Part shown: positions 13,277 to 26,829 of the stretch, one piece after another | Position numbering within the stretch: the stretch's first letter is position 1 | Layout: each line of letters starts with the position of its first letter | NCBI GenBank assembly: GCA_951406725.2 | Contig: OX597834.1 | Coordinates: 30,318,001 to 30,382,000 of the forward strand | Source of the DNA: Octopus vulgaris | Taxonomy: Eukaryota | Reading direction: 5' to 3' | Length of the DNA: 64,000 bases | Made by a program: the position numbers and the translations under genes | The notes under the pieces: model-generated | Databases searched by the model: none | Told to the model about the DNA's origin: nothing | The model's input: only the letters and a program-made list of their open reading frames with translations

Positions 13277-13308
<32 letters not shown>

Positions 13309-13727
13309 ATGTGTATAAGTAGAGAGAGAGAGAGGGCATTAATATAATGAAATCAATTACTGATTGTCTTTTAAGATTTTTACTCCATCAATCAATTTAG
13401 ATAGTTTGGAGGAAGGAAGCTGTTTTGAAAGGAAGAAAGCAAAGGGAGAAAGAAAAAGGAAAAGAATCGGATATAAATAGTTGAAGGAATTGCAGAGAAA
13501 TGGGAATAAATGGTGAAGAAAAAGTAGAGGAAGAGAGTAAGAGATTATGATAAGAGAAGAATGAGAAAGATGGCAAGAGAGAGAGAGGGGGTAAGAAAAA
13601 ATGAGGGGGTAAGAAAAAATGAGGGGGAAAGGAAAGACAGGAAAAGAGAAAGTCTAGCAAGAGAGAAAATTCAGAGGGGAGAGAGAAAGGGAGACAAAGG
13701 GTAGATGTGGGAACAACATAAGATAGA

Positions 13728-14092
13728 TCATCATCATCATCTACATCATCACCAACTTCATCACCAACACCATCATCAAAATCACCACCACCACCATCAT
13801 CTACATCATCACCATCGTTACCACTACCAACTTCATCACCAACACCATCATTAAAATCACCACCACCACCACCACCACCATCATCATCATCTACATCATC
13901 ACCATCGTTACCACTATCAACTTCATCACCAACACCATCATCAAAATCACCACCACCACCACCACCATCACCATCATCACCACCACCACCATCATCATCA
14001 TCTACATCATCACCATCGTTACCACTACCAACTTCATCACCAACACCATCATCAAAAACACCACCACCACCACTACCATCATCATCATCATC
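13728..14092. repeat. (CAT)/(CAC) compound trinucleotide tract with higher-order repeats
   Basis: The block tctacatcatcaccatcgttaccactaccaacttcatcaccaacaccatc recurs several times; it sits at the (CAT)n tail of a SINE fragment. Confidence 0.9.
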
Positions 14093-15015
14093 ACTTAAGT
14101 CCACTTTCCATGCTAGTAGAAGTTGGATGGAGAGATGACAGAGCAAATACAAGAGAGAGAGAGAGAGAGAGAATAAACTAGAGGAAAAGAGAGAAGACTG
14201 GAGCAAAGAGAGAAAAAGAAGAGGAGAGAAACAAAAAAAGAAATGTTAAATAAGAATTCTACTGCAACAACTTTAAGAATATTATTCCGGTGTGTTACAT
14301 CATTAAAAGGAATAATCTATTAATGATTGCACTTAACCCAGGTAGAATTTATCAATAAACAGCTGCTCTAATTGCTAACATCTAGGGAATGAATGTCTGT
14401 ATGTCTAGCAACTTTCTGCTTAGTCTTCAGGAAAAAAGAAGAAGAAAAAAGTCTGTTAAAGAAGTTTTAGAAACTGTATTGATACAATACTCCAAAGATA
14501 CTTTTCTCTGCGTACATCAACAACTACAACAAGAAAATAGAAGTGTTGAAAAAAAAAAAAGAAAGAAAAAAATATTAATTAGGTATAGCTGTGTGGTTAG
14601 GATGCTCAATTTGTAACTATGTGGCTTTGGGTTCAGTCTCAATGCATGGCACCTTGAATAAGTGTCCTCTACCATGGCCTCGAACACAAGCTGAACAACG
14701 TGAGGGAAATTCGTGGACGGAAACTGTGTGGAAGCCTATTATATATCAGTATCAGTTTTGTTTGTGCTCTTGAGCACATCAGGTGGAAAGCTGATTCCAC
14801 TGGTTTCTGGTGGCTGCCGTTTTCTCTACATCCACCCTTGCAATATTGACCATTCTCATGTCATTTATGAATGCTCTGCATCATGGAGTCTTTCATCTCC
14901 GCATCCCTCTCTCTGGTAGAGTCCATTTGGAAGGTACTTTAGAATAGTGTTGTTCTGGTAACCAAAGTGTATGACCTGTTAGTTTCAATCTTCATTCTGT
15001 TACACACACACAATC

Positions 15016-15050
<35 letters not shown>

Positions 15051-15389
15051 CATGTAAATAAAAACATTCGAAGTGAGGTCATTGCCAGTGCCGCTGGACT
15101 GGCTCTTGTGCAGGTGGCACATAAAAAGCACCATCTGAGCGTGACCATTGCCAGTACCGCCTGACTGGCCCTCGTGCCGGTGTGCACGTAAAAGCACTCA
15201 CTACACTCTCAGAGTGGTTGGCATTAGGAAGGACATCCAGCTGTAGAAACTCTGCCAGATCAGATTGGAGTCTGGTGCAGCCATCTGGTTCGCCAGACCT
15301 CAGTCAAATCGTCCAACCAACCCATGCTAGCATGGAAAGCGGACAATAAACGATGATGATATAGATAAATACATACATATATACAGGTA

Positions 15390-15880
15390 TTGTGATGCAA
15401 ACAGGAAAAATAGAACTCAAAATATGAGTATATGTATATTTTCATAATTATTTTAGTTGAAGTAACAGATTGACTCAAGGTCTAAAAGTTTCATGCGTTG
15501 GAATTGGTTTTGATGTATGAGGATCTGACAACCTACACCTTCTTTGTCAATCATAATGTGACGTTCAAGTCACACCAATAATTTGCAAAGAAGCCCACAG
15601 ATGTTGCAAGAATGAGGACTGTAAAATTTAATATCATCTGGATAATAACCTTCTACCATGCTTCTCAAAGCACCTCCATGTATATCGGCTACCATATGCT
15701 ATCAAACAGCAGGAATTCTCCTTTTATTGGATATACAGGTGAGAATCCATTTATATTCGCAGAATTCATACAAAAAAATTATAATACAAGATGGAACGAA
15801 CAGGTTTTAATCCAAACCACAAAAATTGTTTTTGTGAACTAGCATCAGCTGTTAGTTGCAAAGTGTCTCACATACTGTAT
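15390..15880 (+). mobile_element. Decayed retroelement fragment, possibly Penelope-like
   Basis: Shares ~90 bp (gtgatgcaaacaggaaaatagaactcaaaa...gactcaa) with 55844-55935. Broken frames give C-x-C and FIGYTGE, weakly GIY-YIG-like. Confidence 0.3.
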
Positions 15881-16300
15881 ATAATCTATATATATATATT
15901 GTATAAATATGACGCAGCAATAGCAGTGCACCTGCATGTCATCAGGTGAGTGGGTCTGAGAACAACTCTAATGCAGAGAAAGAGTTGTTGTCCTTGCTTT
16001 GACATTGCATGATCGTTGAGAGTGAATGCCACTGTCAAACAAGCAGTGACATTCATTTTCAATATTCTTTGTAAACGTGCCTGGCCATTGAGAAATATTG
16101 CCTTGCTTGGAAACAGGTGAGGGTTAGTGACAGGAAGGACATCCAGACATAGAAAACCTGCCTCAACAAATTCCATCTGACCGACCCATGCAAGCATACA
16201 ATCTAAGTCATTGCTTCAACATGACCTTTGTTGGTAAAGTTCACCTCTGGAGATAACCCGTTCTCACATGAAGGTAGGGTGGGAAGGAGGAAGGAAGGAA

Positions 16301-16723
16301 ATATATATACATACATATATACACACACATATATATATATATACATACATATATATATATACACACACACATATATATATATATACATACATATATATAT
16401 ATACACACACATATATATACACATGTATATACATATATACATATGTATATAGATATATAGATATACATATGTATATACATATATATACATATATATATAC
16501 ATATATATACATACATATACATATATACATACATACACATATATATACATACATACACATATATACATACATACACATATATATACATACATATATATAT
16601 ACATACACACACATATATATACATACATACACACACACATATATATACATACATACACATATATATACATACACACACATATATATACATACACACACAC
16701 ACACATACATACATACATACATA
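16301..16723. repeat. Compound TA/CA/TACA microsatellite
   Basis: Visible low-complexity tract. Confidence 0.97.
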
Positions 16724-17539
16724 CGACAGATGGATCAGTGTTCTGATCAAGAAAGAAAAGAAAAAGAAGAAAAGAAGGTGAGAAAGGAAGGAAGGAAGGC
16801 TGGAAGGCAAGAAGTAAGCCTATCCAGTAGTCGAATGGTTCGCCACATGTAAACAGGCACGTGTCAGTAAGTAGACAAAAAAGCGAGAAATCCCACTTGG
16901 CCCAAGGTGAACATTTTAAAGAAGAGAACGAAGGAGATATTTCGCTTCTTCTTTGTGTTCCTTCATATTATTTCGTGTCTCATGAAACAGAAGCAAAAAC
17001 ATCCCCACCCCACCGTCCTAAAAACACACTGCTTGGTTTTGATTTCACAAACAATTATCTTTACGTCTTTGTGATGCATTTTTTTTTTTAAAGTTAATGT
17101 AAAATGAGTTGTTTTTGAGCAAGAGAGAGAGAGAGAGAGAGAGAGTGATATCTTTTATATGAAGATGTTTGTTACCCCAGCCACACACACACACACACAC
17201 ACACCACCTCCTCCTGTCTTTAAAGGAAAACAGATCTCTTAGCAAAAATAGCATTGACTAATAAGAAAAATAAACAATAATAGAAGACATTACCATTATC
17301 GTCATGATGTAGTTGAGGAATTTGCTTCCTAACCACATAGTTACAGGTTCAGTCCTACCGCATGGCACCATCCATGGGCAAGGGTCTTCTACCATTGTAC
17401 CAGGATAACCAAAGTCTATTACATACATATATATATATGGAAGTCCGTTTATTATCTAAATCTGATTTTTATAGAAATATCCCTGATGTTTCAGGAGTGT
17501 AGCCTCACCCCCTTAGATGTTTGGAGAACTCAGATGTTT

Positions 17540-17629
17540 TTTCGGCTGATGAGTATGGGTCACTTGTATTTGCTGCAATATTTGCAGCCTTAATAAAGCT
17601 GGTCTTCGTATGAAACAATTGTACCGAAA
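17540..17629 (+). ncRNA. Type I hammerhead ribozyme with extended stem II, in a pLTR-like element (~17439-17663)
   Basis: Stem I tttcgg/ccgaaa; core CTGATGA; stem II GTATG...CGTAT enclosing the hairpin GCTGCAA-tat-TTGCAGC; GAA; palindromic stem III ACAATTGT; predicted cleavage after A17623 (GUA). Confidence 0.8.
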
Positions 17630-17659
17630 TATTGATCCGTTTTTGTTGCTTTTTTCTTG

Positions 17660-17702
<43 letters not shown>

Positions 17703-18099
17703 ACACACACACACATACATATATGTCCATGTGTCTCCCTGCTTTGTCATCCCATGATGGTTGTAAATGAGCATCACTGTTATACAAGCAAGGTTGTTTC
17801 CAGTTGTCTGTGAAAAACGTGTTTGGCCATGAAGGAAAATTGCCTTGCTTGGAAACGGATGAGAGTTGGCAACAGGAGGAGCATCCAGCCAAAGAACATC
17901 TGCCATTCGACCCATGCAAGCATGGGAAAGTGGACGCTAAGTGAATAAATTATGATGATGCCTTTTCCAAGATGTATATGGATTACAGCAGCAAACCAAA
18001 ACCAGTGTGGAAGACTTCTTTGACAAGGGTTTGCATGGGAAATTTTACGTCTGTTGGATTGTTGGATTCTGTGAAATTGTTGATATTAAAATCCCTTAA

Positions 18100-18319
18100 C
18101 CCTTTCGTTACCAACCCGGCTGAAACTGGCTCTAGCTCTGAGTACAAATGTCTTGTTTTCATAAGTTTTGAATTAAAATCTTCCACCAAACCTTAGTCAC
18201 AATTAATGTTCCTAGCACTAGCTTAATAATAACCAAGTTATTTTACTAAATTCCTTGTTATATTTAAAGTAATTGAAAGAAACACAGAGCATCTCAAAAT
18301 AAATACAGTAACGAAAGGG
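18100..18319. mobile_element. piggyBac-type MITE (family 1)
   Basis: TTAA|CCCTTTCGTTAC...GTAACGAAAGGG|TTAA, perfect TIRs. Confidence 0.9.
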
Positions 18320-19022
18320 TTAAGTCCATTTGTTTTGAATTCAAGGTGGATGTTGTTAACTAATTACAAATAAACTTATAACATAACAAAAGGGATGACT
18401 TTTTTTGACTTCCGACTAGCCCCTGACCCCACCTCACTCCCACCTTCTTTTTCTGATACCGATCTGTCTTAGACAGGGAAACAGGTATTGCAAAAGGCAC
18501 AGAGGTTAGGGTTAGGGTTATACATGAAAGGACAGAGAAGCAGGCTTGCGTACAAGCTTGTATTCAAACACACACACACACACAAATAGATACATTGACA
18601 TACTGATACAGTACAGACACACAAGCTCATGTAAAGACATTAACAAGCACATAGACACACCCACGCAAGAGATGCATACAGACACATACAGACTCACAGA
18701 TTTGAATGCACACACACCTCGTCTACAGTCACAGACACACTTGTATCACTTGCAAAAATACATGCACACACACTCATCTGGCAACTCACACACCCTCATA
18801 GACACATGCAATAACACACACACACACAGAGGCAGGGACTCACAAAGCTATATGTATACAAACACGTTTCCTGCACAAGAGCTCAAAAATGTGTTTGTAT
18901 GAAGTTTATTGATTCACAAACTGGGTCAAGGCCTTTGCAAACCACATGTATCTTGGATAAAAGATCAATACAGGGCCCAAGATGAAACTACATTTGAAAA
19001 GCATATGCAGACAAATACACAC

Positions 19023-19061
<39 letters not shown>

Positions 19062-19982
19062 AACCCATGCTAGCATGGGAAAGGGACGTTAAATGATGAT
19101 GATGATATGTATGTACACACACACATACGCAAATACATATACAAATACTTATACATATATACGCATATATATGTGCATACATACATATATAATATGGATT
19201 GTTAGAATGCTGTATTGGTGCAGAATTCGCCTTGAGAGATCTTCTCATATAGACATACAGTGCTAAAAGCAAAAGACATATCGTTAAGCAATGAGAACTG
19301 TCTATCACAGGTGGTGGGTGGTGCACGTCAGGTGATTCTCACCTGTGTTGCTTCTTAGCACCATATGTCTAAATGAAAGGATCTCTCAAGGTAAATACCA
19401 CTGTAATATGACATTTTAACAATACATCCACGTTAAGATATAAAGATTCCCATACACACAGGTACACACACAAATATATAAGACAGAATGATTTAAACGA
19501 TAAAATAATGTGGTTCCCAAACCAACATAGTATCCAGATTACTTAACAAAATTCATTATTCCCAAAGTACATGACCACCCTGACATATTTTGTACATACT
19601 GAGAAAATTTCACAGATTAAACAAGTAAATTTATAAACCTGTTGTTCTACATTTTTCTTCCCCACCCTGTTTCAAGTAACATAAACATTTTAGCCAAAAA
19701 CCTAACTGATCACGTGAATCTTGGTTTCAATGGCTGGATGCCCCTCTTAGTGCCAACCCACTTTATAGTGGTTGGCATTGAGAAGGGCATTCGGTCATAA
19801 AAGCCAAAGCTGACATTCAGGACTGATGCCTCTGCAGCTTGCCAGATCCTGTCAAACCATCCAAGCAGGGAAAAACTGACATCAAATGCTGTTGGTGATG
19901 AAAAGCAGTGCGTCTCAAGAGAAACACTGGATGAGCAAAGAGATTCTACATTTCAATTCAGGAAGAATATATACATACATAC

Positions 19983-20165
19983 ATCATCATCATCATTTAA
20001 CGTCCGTTTTCCATGCTAGCATGGGTTGGATGGTTCGACTGGGGTCTGGTAAGCCATGGAGGCCGCACCAGGCTCCAGCCTGATTTGGCAGTGTTTCTAC
20101 AGCTGGATGCCCTTCCTAACGCCAACCACTCCGTGAGTGTAGTGGGTGCTTTTTACGTGCCACCA
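19983..20165 (-). mobile_element. SINE/LINE 3'-tail family C ending in (GAT)n (RTE-like tail)
   Basis: catcatcatttaacgtccgttttccatgctagcatggg...ggatgcccttcctaacgccaaccactcc. Copies at ~4455-4650, 15060-15360 (opposite orientation), 24754-24965, 36290-36580, 62370-62760. Confidence 0.75.
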
Positions 20166-21639
20166 AGAACAAGCTTCTTATCCACACAGTTATGAACATG
20201 CTATTGTCATCATCATGTCCATTTTCCATGCTGGCATGGGTTGGAATGCTTGACAGGACCCACCAAGTTCTCCAACATCAACTTTGATAGGATTTCTATG
20301 GCTGGATGTCCTTCCTAATGCCAACGACTTCACAGAGAGTGCTGGGTGCTTTTTTTCATATCACTGGCAATAATGAAGTTGTCAAATAAGCTACAAGACA
20401 TCATATTAATAAAAAAGAAATATAACATAACCAGATACTAACAACCACATCACAATGTCTACCGATGAGATATTTCCAACCTAGGGAAATCAATAACTAA
20501 AATATGCAATCACTCAAACCTTTATTGTACAATGTGTGTGTGTGTGTGTCTGTTATGTCTGTCTGTGTATTCAAAAACTACTGAGCTACAACTAGTTATG
20601 TTCTTATTTTCCTTGTCAACAAATCATTTGTTGGCCTCCTACCTTAAGGCTCAAGCAATATATTTGTCTAAACTGTATTAGTATGGAAAAACAGACGTAA
20701 ATCAATGAACAGACATATAAAACGATAAAAAGGTGTCTCTTGGGAGGATCATTATGCCAATAAAAGCACACACCAGTTCTATTTCACTTCAGTAAATTTG
20801 TGAACATTTAACCAATTAACTCATCGAATGACTAATTGTTTGATTAATCAATCAATCAACTAAGTTTGTCAAATTCTTTTTATCACCATTCATGATCTCA
20901 TCATTGAAATGGCCTGTCTGCTTCAGATCTGTCTGCCTGTTTGCTAGTTTAAAGACCCAAAATGTATATGAATGTGGGCGAGAAAGTACGAGAGAGAGAG
21001 AGTTTGTGATTTATTGGAAGAGAATCTAAGAGGAACAATCATCAACAATCTTTATATTATCATCACAGAAACACAAAGAATATATGTTTCTTTATTACCC
21101 ACAAGGGGCTAAACATAGAGGGGACAAACAAGGACAGACAAAGGGATTAAGTCGATTATATCGACCCCAGTGCGTAACTGGTACTTATTTTATCGACCCC
21201 GAAAGGATGAAAGGCAAAGTCGACCTTGGCGGAATTTGAACTCAGAACGTAGCGGCAGACGAAATACGGCTACGCATTTCGCCCGGCGTGCTAACGTTTC
21301 TGCCAGCTCGCCGCAAAGAATATAATTTTGTTTTCCTCATGTTGGGAAGATGATGGAGGCAAAATTGAAATAAAAAACCTTTACACAAATACTTTAGCAA
21401 GTAAAAAAACAGATTTCTAAAACATGGAGAGCATGAGGGACGTGATTCATCACAAGTGTGGCAGATAAACAAAACAAAACAAAACAAACAAAACTAAGAA
21501 GGAAACAATCCAAGACATATGAGAATGGTAAAAGTTCTTCTAGAATGATAGAAGAACTTTGGAATTTGAGGGAGGTAAACATAGCAGAAAAACATGTAGG
21601 TAGCAAAATAACTGAAGAGAATGGTAAATTACACAGACT

Positions 21640-21860
21640 GCTATCATGGAACTGTTGACTGCTGAATATACCTCAAAGTCAATGAGCTAAGAGCTTCTTT
21701 CTTCGAAGTGCTGCTCTCTGGAACTCGTTACCATCGTCTTGTTTTATGATACCCAGTCTGTTAAGCTTTCTGTGAATTGACATCTTTTGAATTTGCAGGG
21801 TCCCTTCTTTTAGTTCTTTGTAACCCTTTATGCCACAGAGGCCCCAAGGCTTCTTTGGGA
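21640..21860 (+). mobile_element. CR1/L2-clade LINE 3' end remnant
   Basis: ~21691-21745 translates SFFLRSAALWNSLPSSCF, the typical ORF2 C-terminal SFF.R....WN.LP motif. Confidence 0.6.
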
Positions 21861-22543
21861 CAAAAGCATTAAAAAAAAAATAATAAAACCAGCTTTTGTT
21901 GATTCTCTTTTGCAAGCATCTGTCGCAGGAGTGGCTGTGTGGTAAGTAGCTTGCTTACCAACCATATGGTTCCTGGTTCAGTCTCATTGCGTGGCACCTT
22001 GGGCAAGTGTCTTCTACTATAGCCTTGGGCCGACCAAAGCCTTGTGAGTGGATTTGGTAGACGGAAACTGAAAGAAGCCTGTCGTATATATGTATATATA
22101 TATATATGTATGTGTGTGTCCCCCTAGCATTGCTTGACAACCGATGCTGGTGTGTTTACGTCCCTGTTACTTAGTGGTTCGGCAAAAGCGACCGATAGAA
22201 TAAGTACTGGGCTTACAAAAGAATAAGTCCCGGGGTCAAGTTGCTCGATTAAAGGCGGTGCTCCAGCATGGCCGCAGTCAAATGACTGAAACAAGTAAAA
22301 GATAAAAGATAGAATCTCTACTGCATCCACCTTTTATTTCTTGAAAGACAGAAATAAGTAGAACTTACATGGTTGAGACGTTTGTTTCTTGACTATGTGG
22401 TTTGGGGCTCAGCCCCAGTGTGTGACATATTCTATTATAGCCCCAGGTTAACAAAACATTTTGTGAGTAAATAAGGCAGACAGAAACTGAAAGAAGCCCA
22501 TTAAGTATATGAGAGAGAGAGAGGGGGAGAGAGAAAGGAGAAT

Positions 22544-22600
<57 letters not shown>

Positions 22601-23206
22601 GTGTGTGTTTGTTTCTATCTGCATGCTTCTGTAAAACTCACACGGCAATGGGTTGTCCATGGGCTTAGCATCTTAAAAGATGTGGAGAATAAGATTTCGC
22701 TTATTTGAAAGCAGGTAAGGGTTAGTGATTGGGAAGGGCATTCACCTGTAAAGCTATTTTTCAATAATACATTCACCTAACCCATGCTAACAAGGGGCTG
22801 ATCAATCAGAGACGACCTGGTGTTAAACAACAACAACAACCACCTTAGAATAGTTTTTATAACACAAATCTTTAAAAAAAAAATCTGTAAAGAAAAACAC
22901 TTCTTTCTCCTTCCCTTTACTCACCCCCACCCCTTGTTCTTTCCACTCCTTCCACTCTTCATTCCCCTCACGCTACTTCAATTCCCCCTCTCTCTTTACT
23001 CCTTCCTCTCCCCACTTCCTATCTCACTCTATCCTGCCTACCCATACCCACTCCCCTCCATTCTCCAACTCTCTCTCACACTCCTACTTAACACCACTTC
23101 CCCACCCTTCTCCCTTTCCATTCATTCACTCTTTGATTCTGACACTGTGCTCGTGTGCAAACATCATTATATGCAAACAGTATTACATATATATATATAT
23201 ATATAT

Positions 23207-23491
23207 GGAGGCGCAATGGCCTAGTGGTTAGGGTCGCAGGATCGCGGTTTCGATTCCCAGACCGGGCGTTGTGTGTGTTTATTGAGCGAAAACACCTAAA
23301 AGCTCCACGAGGCTCCGGCAGGGGGTGGTGATCCCTGCTGTACTCTTTCACCACTCTTTCTTCTTCTGTTGGCCTGCTCGCTTAGCCAGCCAGCAGGGTG
23401 GCGTCATTCGAAGGCTAAAACAATGCGAATGCATTGTGACCAGCGATGTGTAACAACATCTGATGGTCTGGTCGGTCACGTGATCACGTGA
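23207..23491 (+). mobile_element. tRNA-derived SINE, family D
   Basis: GGAGGCGCAATGGCCTAGTGGTTAGGG head and GTTTCGATTCC B box; lies in (TA)n; head shared with 60841-61215(-). Confidence 0.8.
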
Positions 23492-25332
23492 TATATATAT
23501 ATATGTAACAGTATTCTATATGTATGTATGTATGTGTGTGTAACAGTATATTAACATTGTTATAATAAACAATTAATGCTACATAAATCCTAAGTACTAA
23601 AGTGAAATCCCTTAGCAGAACCTTCAGTCTACAATAACGGCAAGGCTTGACAACATCCAGCAAGGCATGGCGGCATGCTTATGCATAAAAGCAAAAGAGG
23701 ATTACAATCTAATTACCGTTAGCTTTATATCACAGCCAATCAGAATAATTTATCACAGCACAAGCATATGACACTTTTAACTTCAATAATTTGTCTGTCT
23801 GTCTGTCTGACTCGCCGTCTGTCTGTTTGTCTCTATAGGGTTTATTTTGGAGCTAAAACACTTCCATGATTCTGTCTTAAATGCTTTTTGGTGATTAAAA
23901 TTTTGAATTGAGTGCCGGTGGAGTTTTAATTAGTTTTCAATATAACCAACATTTTGGAAAGACAATTATCATCATCATCATCATGATTATCATAATGGTT
24001 TCAAATTTTGGCACAAAGCCAGCAATTTGGGGGAGGGGACAAGTCGATTACATTGACCCCAGTGTTCAACTGGTACTAATTTTAGCAACACCGAAAGGAT
24101 GAAAGGCAAAGTTAACCTTGGTGGAATTTGACCTCAGGACGCAAAGACAGACAAAATATCACAAAGCATTTTGCCCAGTGGTGCCAACGATTCTGCCAGC
24201 TCACCACTTATATTTTTATTATTATAATCATATTAATGCCAACCTTTTCAGGCTTTTATGGATCAGATTGGTTTTATTGTAGATTTTCTTATTTCTTAAT
24301 TGCCCACAAGAGGCTAAACATAGAGGGGACAAACAAGGACAGACAAAGGGATTAAGTCGATTACATTAACCCCAGTGCGTAACTGGTACTTAATTTATCG
24401 ACCCTGAGAGGACGAAAGGCAAAGTTGACCTCGGTGGAATTTGAACTCAGAACGTAATGGCAGACGAAATACCGCTAAGTATTTCGCCTGGCGTGCAAAC
24501 GTTTCTGCCAGCTTGCCGTCTTCAATTTTTTATTGTAGATTTTCTATGGCCAGATGACCTTTCTTGATGCCAACTCTCACATGTTTCCAAAGAGGGTAAT
24601 ACTTCCCCAATGGCCAGACAGGTTCTTGCAGAATATTGGAATATACAAGAATTACACAAGGTCGAGAAAAAGATATATGACACACCATGCACACATACAT
24701 ATACACATATTTACATGCACGCACACATACACATGTATACATGTGTGTATATACATCATCATCATCATCGTTTAACGTCCGTTCTCCATGCTAGCATGGG
24801 TTGGACGGTTTGACCGGGGATCTGGGAAGCCAGAAGGCTGCACCAGGCTCCAGTCTGATCTGGCAGTGTTTCTACAGCTGGATGCCCTTCCTAACGCCAA
24901 CCACTCCGTGAGTGTAGTGGGTGCTTTTTACGTGACACCGACACAGGTGCCAGGCAAGGCTGGCAACACACACATATATACACCTATTCAACTTTCAGTT
25001 TCCATCAACCAAATCCACTCAAAAGGTTTCAGCCAGGCTGGGGTTATAGTAGATGCCCGATGGAATTGAACCTGAAACTATGTGGCCGAGAAGCAAACCA
25101 CACAACCACAGGTGTTTACTAAAACCAGAACAACAAATCAGTGACTTCATATATCAGGGTATATTATTACGGTGATGCTGACCAACTGAAATCTCATCAA
25201 TGTTCATGATGCGATAATGAGATTTTGGAATCAGTCATATGACACTTTTGATAAAAGGTGGTTCCAGGCAGGTTCCTGTGTAAAAGGGTTTAATGTTGAT
25301 GGAATAAATGTATGCAAAATTAATGAACTTAC

Positions 25333-25427
25333 TTTCAACTCGATGCTTAGCTGCTTGTCCAAAGAGGCAAGGCGTTGGTCTGTGGGGGATTGTTCCTGCC
25401 CATCTTTTTCTGGTGACATCAGACAAT
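25333..25427 (-). CDS. PKN: Protein kinase N exon: linker plus start of the HR1 repeat, (D)CLMSPEKDGQEQSPTDQRLASLDKQLSIELK
   Basis: Acceptor ttttttttctataattccAG, donor AAA|GTaagt. 95 nt, phase 1 to 0. Splices to 5405 to give the HR1 signature [16 protein letters not shown]. Confidence 0.92.
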
Positions 25428-26160
25428 CTGGAATTATAGAAAAAAAAATAAATGAATGAATAGATAAATTAATAAATAAAATATTTATGGCAAACACATT
25501 TTGGGCAATATTTTAAATTCCTCCTCCTCCTCCTTTTAACACACGTTTCCAAGTTTGCATGGGTCAGACAGAGATTATTGAGGCAAACTTTCTACAGACA
25601 AATGCCCTCTCTTCCGGTCACCAAGCCTCACCTGTTTAGTAGCAAGGTAATATTTCTCCATGGCCTCCATATTCCTCAGAATATTGGAAACGAATGGCAC
25701 AACCGTTGTCACACACACAAACAAACAAATTTCAGTTTCCATTTACCAAATCCACTCATAAGGTTTTAAGTCAGCCAGGGGCTATAGTAGAAGACATACT
25801 TTGCCCAAGGTGCAGCACAGTGGGACTGAAACCAGAACCATGTGGTTGGGAAGCAAACTTCGTAACCACACAGCCATACCAGCACCTACTTAGTGACCAC
25901 AAAATATAATCCAAGTTGAATTTTGGCCAGTGTCCAAATGGCATGAAATGAATATGCTGCCACTTGCTAAGAACAATCTCTTCAATGGACAAACACTTAC
26001 TCTAATAATGGTAATTAAGACAATGTAACTATTATTATTATTTTCTACATGTAAATAAATCATATATTTCAGTGATAGAGGTGGCTGGCTTTACATACAT
26101 TGTGTGCTGAGCTGAAGCTTATGACGAACAGAATATATATACATACATACACACACACAC

Positions 26161-26417
26161 ATTATATTGCGTCTCATGTTTGATCTTTGACTTCTGGCCG
26201 AAATCAGATCGCCATGTTGATTCGCTAGCTTCTGCACGCATATTTTTTTTCTCTCCTTCTTTCTGTGTTTTTTCTCTGTGTATCTTTCTGTTGAAGAGCG
26301 TAGGCTCGAAACGTTAAAGACTTGTTTTATTTATATTTCCTGAGCGCCATACTAATACAATTGTTTGTTTGTATTCCACCTGCCTTCGTCTTTTGTCTAT
26401 TTTCATAAAGCTTCCCG

Positions 26418-26419
<2 letters not shown>
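26161..26419 (+). mobile_element. Hammerhead-motif (pLTR-like) element
   Basis: 26283-26320: tcttt CTGTTGAA GAGC-gtag-GCTC GAA ACGT T aaaga; ends in (TA)n; related to 8400-8588. Confidence 0.75.
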
Positions 26420-26468
<49 letters not shown>

Positions 26469-26487
26469 TAGTTTAAATCCTATATAT

Positions 26488-26587
26488 ATGAGGATCTGTA
26501 TATATCGAAACATTTGTAGCGATTAAAAAGCTGCCTAACTGTACTTACTCTTATTTTTGACTTATTTACTTTTTAAATAAACATATT

Positions 26588-26590
<3 letters not shown>
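26488..26590 (+). mobile_element. 5'-truncated hammerhead-bearing element
   Basis: ATGAG gat-ctgtatat-atc GAA ACA-tt-TGT A gcga; the core is cut at its 5' side by a TA run; followed by (TA)n. Confidence 0.5.
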
Positions 26591-26620
<30 letters not shown>

Positions 26621-26625
<5 letters not shown>

Positions 26626-26829
26626 ATCCAAACAAGAAAGCACAAAAAACACAACAACGCAAGGACATGGAACAAATATAGTATTATTGGACGCTCAGGA
26701 AAGAAGGAAAGAAGGAGAGTTTAATGTTTCAAGCGGAGCTCTTTGTTGGAAACATAGGAGAAGGAAAGATCCAGAGAAGGGAAGACAGAGGAAAAAACAA
26801 AATCGCCAAAGGTACATACGAGGTCACAC
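26621..26829 (-). mobile_element. Decayed copy of the 46328-46526 hammerhead element
   Basis: Minus strand gttt CCAACAAA gagc-tcc-gctt GAA acat t aaac (26753-26719). All four differences from the 46401 motif are CpG transitions. Confidence 0.8.

Noticed and set aside
13397-14206. 269-aa Asp/Gly-rich ORF resembling an acidic matrix protein
   Set aside because: Made of a SINE (GAT)n tail expansion plus a purine/pyrimidine tract; no credible start or splice support.
16800-16920. Cluster of FOX/E-box motifs (GTAAACA, CACATG, CACGTG)
   Set aside because: Short motifs expected by chance; no independent support.
18504-18520. Telomere-like GGTTAGGGTTAGGGTTA
   Set aside because: Under three units; not significant.
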